Below, piece after piece: positions 53,239-64,000 of a DNA stretch of 64,000 nt. The notes below the pieces were generated by a model. It was not told the origin of the DNA and ran no database searches. It saw only the letters and a list, made by a program, of their open reading frames with translations. Each line of letters opens with the position of its first letter. The stretch's first letter is position 1. Made by a program: the position numbers and the translations under genes. Source of the stretch: Octopus sinensis (lineage: Eukaryota); assembly GCF_006345805.1 (NCBI RefSeq), contig NC_043015.1, positions 44,392,001-44,456,000 of the forward strand. The letters are read 5' to 3'.

Positions 53239-53509
53239 TATATATATATTATATATATATATATATATACATACATATATACATATATATATGTATATAT
53301 ATATATACATATACATAAATATATATATATATATATACATATAAATACGTACAATATATTATATATATATATGATATATATGTATAAATATGCATATATA
53401 TATATTATATAAATATATATATATAGAGAGAGAACGAGAGAGAGAGAGAGAGCGAGAGAGAGAGAGAGAGTGTGTGTGTGTGTAAGAGAGATTGGGAGGG
53501 AGAGATATA

Positions 53510-53650
53510 TACGACATCCTTCCGCACAGTTTCTGCTCTATCAAATCCATTCGCAAGTCATTGGTCTGTCCTGTGTATAATAAGCGATACTTGCCAAAGT
53601 TGCTACGCAGCGGGACAAAGCCGTAAACCATTGTTGGCAACGCGAGCTTT
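53510..53650 (-). mobile_element. SINE family B head, very diverged
   Basis: CAGTTTCTGCTCTATCAAATCCATTCGCAAG resembles CAGTTTCCGTCTACCAAATCCACTCACAAG. Confidence 0.55.
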
Positions 53651-54157
53651 TTCCCTACATAGTAATGCGTAATCCTACTACGGAAAATAAATAATTGTGA
53701 ATATTTATTTTCAATTTTCTCCCCATTTCAAATACTTTCCTAGGCCAGAAATTACTGTCGTTTTATCTCGGTTAATAAAATCAGCGAATTTCTGTGATAT
53801 ACCAATAGATTATGGCGATACTTAACAAGCATTTCCAAATGCACTGTAATAAGAAATAGTAATGGAGGTTTGGCACATTGGAATTCTCTCTAATTCGATG
53901 AACTCATTAAAGACATTATTGGCCCCCTGTCACTCCTGCTAGTCTGCTATATTTGACATAGAATTTAGTACTAAAATAATAGTTATGGTTTATAATATAA
54001 CCCCCAACAAAGGATCCAGGTTTATTGAAAAATATTGCCCATCATATAGACGCTATTATTTCATTGTTTATTTCACTGAAACCATAAGAATGGAAGTACA
54101 GTACACAAAAACATATGCCGACACGGACACGCGCACACACACACCCATATATATATA

Positions 54158-54194
<37 letters not shown>

Positions 54195-55611
54195 GCATAT
54201 ATTTATATATGCAAATATGTGTACATATATGCATATATATATATATGTACATATGCACATATATATACGCATATATATATATATGTATATATATACATGT
54301 ATTTCTTGAATGAATGTAAACATTGCTTCGATATACTTTATGTTGCAGCACAAAAAAGAAAAGAAACCGATCAACAGTATTCCTATTAAAATACATTACA
54401 AACGGAACGTCATCAAGTTTGTGGGTGGCATTGACAAAACTAGCAAAGAAAACCACGAAAGAAACGATAAATGGTGAGTGACTGTGAGAAGCGTTCAATA
54501 CGGCTTAAGCCTTTACAATACATTAATCAACATTAGTCGTTGGTTGAGCTGTTTCCTTCTGGGAAACGTGCTGAGAGAGATAGTTACTTGACAACAATAC
54601 TAATACGTTAATCTTGAAATGCACTACTGGAAAGATGGGTAAGAGAAAAAAAGAACAACAGAAATGGCGGCGTAATATGTGTAATAGTAAATAAAATACA
54701 GCAACGACTAAAATATCATGAACAGGAAAGTCACTAGCAACTACTTTAGTAATATCTACAATAGCAACAAGCAAAACAGAAGCGTCAGAAAAGCGATATC
54801 AGACCAACAATTGCAACAATTACAATATGACAGGACAAATAATAAAAGAACAATAACTAAAACGAAATGCAAAGGAAAAAAAGCAGAAACAAATATCGAT
54901 TTAAGAAATATACTAAATCTAGGAATAGATATAACAGACAATGACAACTTCAAGAAGTAAAATAACTCTAGTAGCTATAGAATATCCTATCCAACATATT
55001 AAATGCAAACCAAACAATACCTGAAGTAAACACCAACTAATAAAGAAAATGTAATTTTGAAAGGCAAAAAAAATAGAATTAAATAAAAGCTGGCACAATG
55101 TGTTTTAGAATAGAGAGCTGCCATAAAAATTTGCGGGGAAAAAATATGATGGTGTATTTTTCTATCCGAAAATATAAAAGGAACTGGGGAGTTTTAGGAC
55201 ATTAAAAAAAAGAAAAAAAGTAAATTAAATATAAATGTTAAGGTGCGGGAGCGGAAAATGAGAAACAAGAAGGCGATAAAAAGCAAAAAAAAAAAAAGTG
55301 TTTAGATATATTTAACGTGAATGCTGTGTTAGGTAAAAGAGACAACAAACAAAAATCTTTCGTCTTGGTGAATGTTTGAAGTAGATGTTTATTGTCATAT
55401 CCAACAACTGAAATAGAATCTAAGCGATTAAAAACTCTGGGCTGGCTTAGCTTCAAACGAAATAAAAACAATGAGAAAATGAGTTTGTTCAGAATACATT
55501 TTTCCTCTGCAATGATGATAATATTGAAGTCGATATGAAAAATTATGAGAAGAAGAAGATGAGAAAGAAAGAAAAAAAAATAATATAAAATGGAACCGGA
55601 GGGAAAGTACA

Positions 55612-55685
55612 GGTAGTTAATAATAATAATAAAATAATAATAATATAATCTAATAATAATAATAATAATAATAATACTAATACTA

Positions 55686-55739
<54 letters not shown>

Positions 55740-55963
55740 TATATATATATATATATAAAAGGTCCAAAAAAATACATAATAAAACAATAAATAAATACAC
55801 GATCACGAAAGAATTTGTTGAATTACCTTATTGGATTTATAAAAAATAGGATGTTTTTTAGGCCTTCTTTTACTAGTCTTGGTATTTCCATTAACTTCTT
55901 CTTCTTCTTCTCTTCTTCTTCTTCTTCTTCTTCTTCTTCTTCTTCTTCTTCTCTCTTCTTCTT

Positions 55964-56058
<95 letters not shown>

Positions 56059-56070
56059 TATTATTATCTA
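55612..56070. repeat. (TAA)n and (CTT)n-(ATT)n triplet microsatellites
   Basis: Read directly from sequence. Confidence 0.95.
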
Positions 56071-56398
56071 AAACAATTTGCAGATTGCAAATGGGAAGAA
56101 AAAGCCCAATAAAAAGCAAAATTTGCTGTATATCCTACCGTCACACTGAGAGGTCATCGTTTCTGGGATAAAAGCTTGTTAACTAATGATAGATTTGCAT
56201 GATGATGCGTTATAAAAAGAAAATCCCTTTTTGTATGATATTTACATAAGTTTATATCATTTTGAGATTGTTCTTGTACATGCATTCGTTGGCGTAATAG
56301 CTGGTTTTCTTCTCATTCATATGCCCCCCTCTCACTCACTCACTCACTCACTCACTCACTATCTATCTATATATCTATCTATCTATCTATCTATCTAT

Positions 56399-56454
<56 letters not shown>

Positions 56455-56480
56455 ATATATATATATATCCTATCTATCTG

Positions 56481-57280
56481 AGCGACGAAACCGTTCTGCA
56501 CGCACTCGTTCAGTGTCCAACAATTTCCGACCTGTGGGCTTATGTCGAACAAACTGCTGTCACTGTGGGACGAGTCGGTTTATCAGCTGAGTCTATGTCA
56601 ATATTGTCACGATCAACGCCTCCTTCCTTCAAACGGGAAGGAAGAGCTATTTTCATCATCCTTGTGGCTATGGCGAAAGAATGTATCTGGTGGACGCGTC
56701 TGAAAGGATTGGAGACAAACACTTTCCTCTCTGGTCAATCTCTCATCAACTTCTTCAAGTACCACTTGAAAAGGAAAGTGAGAGTAGAGAGGCAATTTTG
56801 TCTAGCGAATGTTTTAAAAAAAGATGGTGAATGTAGCAAGAATGGTACGTATGAATGACGAAGCCACCTTGAGCATAGTCCTATGAACCCAGAATCGAAA
56901 CAGAGAGTTGCTTATTTGCAAAAAAAAAAAAAAAAAAAAAAAAAGAAATATAAAAATGTGACTTCATTGACCGAGGTTACCGTGGTCTTTTCCGTAGGCT
57001 TTTCTTTCCACGGTAAACCTCACCTGTCCTCCCCTTTACACTTCATATTGACATTTCTGTGATAACGATCCCTATTGATCAATTTTTTTTTTTCCTCTCC
57101 CCCTTTTTTTTTTTTTTTACCCCCCTTTTTTTGTCCTCTTTCTTCTCTCCTTTTACGATCCCTTTTGATCGAAACCCCCTTCTCCCTTTTTTTTTTTTTT
57201 TTTTTTTAAACTTCAAAAGAAAAGCTCTACCTTGTAATTTGTTCTATCTGTGTGCAGCCCTGTGTGGCTAATAAAGAAAC
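56481..57280 (+). mobile_element. Tx1/L1-group LINE 3' fragment (ORF2 C-terminus and 3' UTR)
   Basis: Open frame 56481-56858 SDETVLHALVQCPTISDLWAYVEQ...VAMAKECIWWTRLK fits the ETxxHxxxxC zinc-knuckle end and AKxxIW motif; A-run 56920-56944; AATAAA 57270-57275; (TATC)n on both sides. Confidence 0.72.
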
Positions 57281-57414
57281 ATATCTATCTATCTATCTAT
57301 CTTTCTATCTATCTTTCTATCGTTCTATCTATTTATCTATCTATCTACTTCTATCTATCTATCTATCTATCTATCTATGTCTCTCTCTCTCACTCTCTCT
57401 CTCTCTCAGTCTCA

Positions 57415-57445
<31 letters not shown>

Positions 57446-57450
57446 ATATC

Positions 57451-57535
<85 letters not shown>

Positions 57536-57940
57536 AATCTATGTGTGTGGCTGTCTGCCTGTCTGTCTCTCGATGTATTCGATTAAGTGAAGTGGTAAAA
57601 TTTATCGGGTGAAATGTATCGAGGAGTTGTTACGTGTGTTTTGGTTAAGTGTGGAATAACTTTGAAAGTACCCCGTCACGCGTGCACGCACATGCACACA
57701 CACACACACACACACACCACACATATACACACACACATATATGCAGCAGAATTAAAATACAGACGACAGTGTTTGTAGGTAAGCTGTTGCTGTCAGTCAT
57801 AGGGTTTATAAGATGTTATAAAGACACCGTTGACGTTGTAGTGTGATTATACGTAAAACCATGCCAAGTACACAGATACATATTAAAGGCGTTTTATATA
57901 TTACTTGTGTTCAGTTTCGATCTTGAAAACGGATATAGGC

Positions 57941-58335
57941 TTTTACTCTTTTACTCTTTTACCTGTTTTAGACATTTGACTGCGGCCATGCTGGAGCACC
58001 ACCTTTAGTCGAGCAAATCGACCCCAGGACTTATTCTTTGTAAACCTAGTACTTATTCTATCGGTCTCTTTTGCTGAAAGACTAAGTTACAGGGACGCAA
58101 GCACACCAGCATGTGTTGCCAAGCGATGTTGGGGGGACAAACACACACACACATACGCACGTACACATACACACACATATACATATATACGACGGGATTC
58201 TTTCAGTTTCCGTCTACCAAATCCACTCACAAGGCTTTGGTCGGCCCGAGGCTATAGTAGAAGACACTTGCCCAAGGTGGGACTGAACCCAGCTAATGGT
58301 AAACAAGCTACTCACCACACAGCCACTCCTGCGCC
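57941..58335 (-). mobile_element. SINE family B, full length
   Basis: (CTTTTACT)n tail through the GCCACTCCTGCGCC head. Confidence 0.92.
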
Positions 58336-58557
58336 AATATCCTGCGACTGGCCATTTTATATGCGCTTAAGACTTCTCAAATGATTTGTATAACTAATAA
58401 AATGAGTGTTAAAGTTTACGTAGACTGCATATGTTGTAATTATAATATTAGAGTCCAACTGTCATGTTATCCCACGGTGCACAATTGCCAGACATATATT
58501 AATTTAGCTGTATTTAGTTTCCGTACAATATGCAGATAGATCCAGGTTATCTTAATA

Positions 58558-59120
58558 TTGGATTGTCCGGAAATTTGGTGCCGATATTTAAAGGAAAGGA
58601 AAAGGTCAATAAATACTTGCCATTACATTTTTAATCAATCAAATATGAACCATTTTGTTGGACAATACGTCTCCATCTTTTAACTTGAAAAAATCCTCTT
58701 CCCAGAATTGAGGTGGTTTCATGGCAAAGAATACATCAAGGTATCTTTTTATGTCATCCAATGAATTGAAATTTTTACCATTAAGACTATTCTGCAGAGA
58801 CCTGAATAAGTGGAAATCCGAAAGAGCCACATCTGGTGAATATGGAGGGTGGGGTAACACATCCCAGCCGAGCTGCAGCAATTTTTTTTTCTGGTTGCCA
58901 ATTCATTAAGTGCCGAAAATGAACTTTCTTATCTTCTATTTTAAAGGGTTACAAAATTAACACAAGTTATAGGAACAGAAAACTTCTTCCACGAAAAGAT
59001 AGCATAAAGTTTGCTCTAAATGGAGGTGTAATCAAATCCTATTTTATGGACTCCACCATGTTCTAAAATAAGTCGAAAATAAGATACTATAAATCGGTAT
59101 GAACTTTTCGGACAACCCAA
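58558..59120 (-). mobile_element. Non-autonomous mariner deletion derivative, second copy
   Basis: Same TIRs and TA flanks; LQLGWDVLPHPPYSPDVALSDFHLFRSLQNSLNGKNF. Confidence 0.93.
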
Positions 59121-59830
59121 TATTTCCCATATGCATTCCCTGCTAAAACATGAGTCTCTCCACATGTAGTGTACGTGTTATTTTCGCCTGCTTAACAAAG
59201 CTGTACGTATGTCAGAGGATGGCGATAGAGACAACTGGAATTGCTACTTGCTCACGAATCAACAATGGGGGTATATAGTCGGTCAAACAACTTCTTTGTT
59301 AAATCATGTGTTGGAACAGATATTGTTATATTTCGGGATGGTATTTTAATTTTGATTTCTGCCAAATAAACAAACGCACCATATATTCCTTCATCACTTC
59401 AGATTTCTTAATGTTCTTATTTTATGTCTTTTCTCTAGAAATCTGAAAATCTTTCGTCATGTAACCTGTGATCTCTTCAGCAACTTTCCATCCACATTTC
59501 GTTTTTAAATAAATGCAATTATTGTTCTTATTCTAGATACGTGACTGGTGATAACATTCGCAATCATATAGGTGCTATGAAATATTACATATAAATGAGT
59601 GTATCATAGATAAAGGTATAGATAGATACACATGAAGTATTGCTGGATGGAATGGTAGGAACATAGAACAATAGATCGAATGATATAGTGATAAATCTGT
59701 TTGTATGCATGCATGTACGTATGTATACACGCATGCCTGTATGCATGTGTGTAAGTATGTATGCATGTATGTATATATGTATATATGTGTATATGTATGT
59801 AAGTTTGTATGTTTGAATACATGTAAATAG

Positions 59831-59860
<30 letters not shown>

Positions 59861-59864
<4 letters not shown>

Positions 59865-60062
59865 ACCATGATAGATCGTTAGCCACTACACGCCTTTTTC
59901 TCTCTCCTTGTTTCTCTCCTTGCTTTTTCTGTGTCCATTTCCGTAGAAGAGCGTAGGCTCGAAACGTAAAAGACTTTTTCTATTCCTGAGCGTTATACTA
60001 ATACATCTGTTTGTTTTGTACACCACCTGTCTTCGTCTTTTATGTTTTTCGTAAACTCTCCC
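59861..60062 (+). mobile_element. Possible Penelope-type repeat remnant in (TA)n with a hammerhead-like motif
   Basis: TTT-CCGTAGAA-GAGC(GTAG)GCTC-GAAA-CG-TA-AAA at 59938-59971; (TA)n on both sides. Confidence 0.35.
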
Positions 60063-60070
60063 TATATATA

Positions 60071-60117
<47 letters not shown>

Positions 60118-60170
60118 TATATAGATATCGATAGATAGATAGATGATAGATAGATAGATAGAATATATAT

Positions 60171-60218
<48 letters not shown>

Positions 60219-60251
60219 ATACATAGATAGATAGATAGATAGATAGATAGT

Positions 60252-60338
<87 letters not shown>
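60063..60338. repeat. (TA)n/(GATA)n microsatellite
   Basis: Read directly from sequence. Confidence 0.95.
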
Positions 60339-60339
<1 letters not shown>

Positions 60340-60744
60340 ATTTGATGGAATTACTTCCAGATCTCATCACGAGTTTTCTACGTGTCGTTGCTTCGTAGAC
60401 GTCGAAAATAAAAATTGCTGAAATTACCTGCAAGCTAATGTTGACGAAAGTTGATGCTTCAGGCAATTTGTATGCATCGTTGATTCTCATATATTTATCT
60501 AATCAGGGCTTTACGTCTAACTACAGTCACAAACGATCGAAAACATGGAGAGCGAGAGTAGAGGAGATGTCACAAAGGAATATATGTGTTTTATGGGAAA
60601 GATGAAGAGCGCAGAAAAACACGCGTACTAATTGCATGTAATGGTACATGTACAACTGAATGTTTGTTTGTGTTTTCGTAATTACACGATGGTGATTTGG
60701 AAATAGTATATTATTGGGATGCAAAACTGTTTTCATGTATGTAT

Positions 60745-60817
60745 ATACATATATGAATACATACATACATACACACATACACACATACATACATACATAC
60801 ATACATACATACATACA

Positions 60818-60851
<34 letters not shown>

Positions 60852-60921
60852 CATACATACATTAGTGCGTGTATAGGAGTAGAGAGAGAGAGAGACAGAT
60901 AGATAGAGATAGATAGATAGA

Positions 60922-60972
<51 letters not shown>
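60745..60972. repeat. (TACA)n/(GA)n microsatellite
   Basis: Read directly from sequence. Confidence 0.95.
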
Positions 60973-60976
<4 letters not shown>

Positions 60977-61584
60977 TTTGTGGTTTAGAAACGTCTGTTT
61001 CGGTTTCAGTCCCACTATACTGCACCTTAAAACAGAAGATCGATCGACGTCGTTTAGGAAATTTTGGTGGACGAAAGCGTGTGGAAGGCCCTCGTTTACA
61101 TACGTACATACATGCATATATACATATATAGATACAGTCATATTATGTACACACACACATACACACAAACACACACACACACACATATATATATATGTGT
61201 GTGTGTCAAATTTTAACGCTTTTTGAAAGATCATACATTAAGTCTTGTTGGAATTGTAACAATTATTGTGGCGGTTGTGAAGTATGCTCATATTGCGACG
61301 TTCATACAAACAAAAATATGTGTTGGGCTCACACAATAAATTCGAGAAATCCAGTAGATAGTATAGCATAAATTATCCCAAGACTCCTAAAAGTTCCACT
61401 TTTTAGTGAGTATAGAGTAGAGAGAAACAATGTGGGGTATGTGTAGCATGTGTAGAATCTACATAGTTATTCCTTATTTTGCTAAAATCTAGTTGCTTGG
61501 TTAGGCAGTACATTAACTGTAACCACGTAAAAAATGGGCCCATTATTCAATATGTCCTTCATTATGATATTTTAGAATATAATA

Positions 61585-61984
61585 GGCGCAGGAGTGGCTG
61601 TATGGTAAGTAGCTTGCTTACCAACCACATGGTTCCGGGTTCAGTCCCACAGCGTGGCATCTTGGGCAAGTGTCTTCTGCTATGGCCTCGGGCCGACCAA
61701 TGCCTTGTGAGTGGATTTGGTAGACGGAAACTGAAAGAAGCCTGTCGGATATATCTATATACGTGTGTGTGTGTGTATGTTTGTGTGTCTGTGTTTGTCC
61801 CCCTACCATTGCTTGACAACCGATGCTGGTTTGTTTATGTCCCCGTCACTTAGCGGTTCGGCAAAAAGAGACCGATAGAATAAGTACTGGGCTTACAAAA
61901 GAATAATTCCCGGGGTTGAGTTGCTCGATTAAATGCGGTGCTCCAGCACGGCCGCAGTCAACTGACCGAAACAAGCGAAAGAGA
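61585..61984 (+). mobile_element. SINE family B, full length
   Basis: GGCGCAGGAGTGGCTG head through the GCGGTGCTCCAGCAC tail. Confidence 0.92.
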
Positions 61985-62457
61985 ATATGAATTAATCAGA
62001 AAAAAATTGTAATGACTAAAAGGGCGATACTCAGGCGTACACATTTTCGCTTCCACACACACACATACACACACACATATACACACATGCACACAGACAC
62101 ATGTAAATTGAAAACAAGAATTTACAGTCTGTGACAATGAAACTGGTTTTAATAAAACTTATAGCTAATTTAAGTGGAAGTAAAGTATTAGAAAATATAA
62201 CTCGCATCATGTGAACTGTGAACAATAAATGATTCCATCGTTAGAGCTATTAATGCTAATATCAAACAACACACTGGTTTACCTCTCATATAATGGCTAA
62301 TATTAAAACTTCTATTGTGTTCTAAAGTCTCTTACCGTTTGTTTGGTAGCCTCTCTATAGGTCTATGCATCTTAAGTGTATATATATATGCGCATGTATA
62401 TATATGTATATATAATATATATATATATATATTATATGTGTGTGTGTGTGTTGTGTG

Positions 62458-62502
<45 letters not shown>

Positions 62503-62528
62503 TGTATATATATAATATATATGTCATG

Positions 62529-62572
<44 letters not shown>

Positions 62573-62741
62573 TATATTTATCACTCTCTATCAATCTATC
62601 TTCATATATATATATATACATAAAGATCTCTATTATACATATACATAGATACATACATACACACACAAGCATGCACACACACACACGCATATATATATAT
62701 ATAATATATATGAATACGCATACATACTCACCAACTAGAAC

Positions 62742-63065
62742 CGCTATCTGGACGGCTGTTGCATTCAGTGCTGGCATAACCTTGATCAACTCTTGGAATT
62801 TAAAAAATTAATTAACAACATTAGTCACAGTATCCAATTATTAATGAAATACAGTTACACAGATACCCTTTCTGGACATTTTAATAATAAAACTATATAC
62901 TACCATTGAAACCGACGTCTACTTTAAACCAACGGGCTGAAAACAATATCTACTACAATCTTTCTGCCACCCAAAACCTACTGAAATCAATATACTGTTT
63001 AATTTGGCAAGGAGAATTTGCACGATTGTATCAAATCCCGAAACTCAGAATAACCGACTTTCAAC
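62742..63065 (+). mobile_element. Penelope-like element reverse transcriptase fragment (pseudogenised)
   Basis: With frameshifts: RYLDGC..W..LDQLLEFKKLINNISHSIQLLMKYS, PFLDILIIK, TIETDVYFKPTG*KQYLLQSFCHPKPTEINILFNLARRICTIVSN; fits the recalled PLE pattern YLDD..FTME..LPFLD..TDIYYKPT..CHP..ARRICTIV. Confidence 0.8.
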
Positions 63066-63128
63066 TCACTATATAATAATATCATACACCTTCTCAAACA
63101 CCAGTTAGTAATGTCACCCCAGACAAAA

Positions 63129-63362
63129 CCTATTTCTTTACTACCCACAAGGGGGCTAAACACAGAGGAGACAAACAAGGACAGACAAACGGATTAAGTC
63201 AATTATATCGACCCCACTGCGTAACTGTTACTAAATTTATCAACCCCGAAAGGATGAAAGGCAATGTTGACCTCGGCGGAATTTGAACTCATAACGTAAC
63301 GGCAGACGAAAAACGGGCACGCATTTCGCCCGGCGTGCTAACGATTCTGCCAGCTCGCCGTC
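63129..63362 (-). mobile_element. SINE family A monomer
   Basis: Reverse complement of the family A sequence. Confidence 0.88.
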
Positions 63363-63723
63363 TTTTTGGATTTTTCTCTTATCAGAACCAGACGCATAAA
63401 AAAGCAAATAGTGACTTCTTAACCGACCAACTAGAAAGCTAGGTGACCATCAGTCAATAGCAAGTTACTAAGTCCTGTCAGCAAGTCAATCAAACAGCAC
63501 TCTGAGCTTTTTCAAATCAAATAATTTTGTATAACACAGAAAAATAATTTTCATCAATATAAAGTGACGTCACAAAACCTCCAGCCAGTCAGACCTTGTT
63601 CCTTGACCGTGGTCAACAAGAAATAGACGTCACCAGAGGGACAAGCAACCAAAACAATAGATCTTGCCAAAACAAAATTATTTTCACACCAAAACATGCA
63701 CGAGAAAAACAAAAGACGTCATC

Positions 63724-63774
<51 letters not shown>

Positions 63775-64000
63775 AATATATATATATATATATAAGGTAA
63801 AGCATATTCGTGTATATATACATCTAATATATACATATGTATATCAGCATGTGTGTACTTGAGTTTGATAATGGGTGCAATTGGATGTTTGTGTGACTTT
63901 GTAAAAATCTGTGTTCATATATTTACTTGAGCAGTTAACGAGTGGATAATGAATATGATTAATTACTTGTATGATGTAAATATAAATTATAGGCTGATTA

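Noticed and set aside
63040-63054. 15-nt match GAAACTCAGAATAAC to the hammerhead repeat arm (31760-31774)
   Set aside because: It lies within RT-coding remnant sequence with no flanking similarity; probably coincidental.
63565-63572. Isolated CRE palindrome TGACGTCA
   Set aside because: A single 8-mer with no supporting motif cluster.

Overview
AT-rich eukaryotic DNA that is very dense in repeats and contains one 100-N assembly gap (9786-9885). The SINE content resembles what I recall of octopod cephalopod (Octopus) genomes; this is an inference, not a database match. I cannot confidently support any host protein-coding gene, and nearly all ORFs in the supplied track are translations of microsatellites or SINEs. 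The window contains about 30 copies of three tRNA-derived SINE families (working names A, B, C). It has fossil LINE fragments from five groups: CR1-group x2 (one with the RT YADD motif), RTE, Tx1/L1, R4/Dong-type RLE and Penelope-like RT. It also has three internally deleted mariners, a TA-flanked MITE, two Helitron/Helentron-type non-autonomous families (one a head-to-tail dimer) and many compound microsatellites. Most notable: (1) a 38-nt minimal type I hammerhead ribozyme fold (minus strand, 31713-31750) in a Penelope-type repeat that has folded back into a perfect 112-bp palindrome, plus a degenerate copy and a possible second hammerhead family; (2) two apparent SINE-LINE 3' tail partnerships visible within the window (SINE B with a CR1-group LINE, SINE A with a Tx1-like LINE); (3) a Tx1-like element embedded in (TATC)n; (4) a CRE + GC-box + NRF1-like promoter candidate near 31.1 kb. 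Element boundaries were read by eye and are approximate unless TIRs or TSDs are given.
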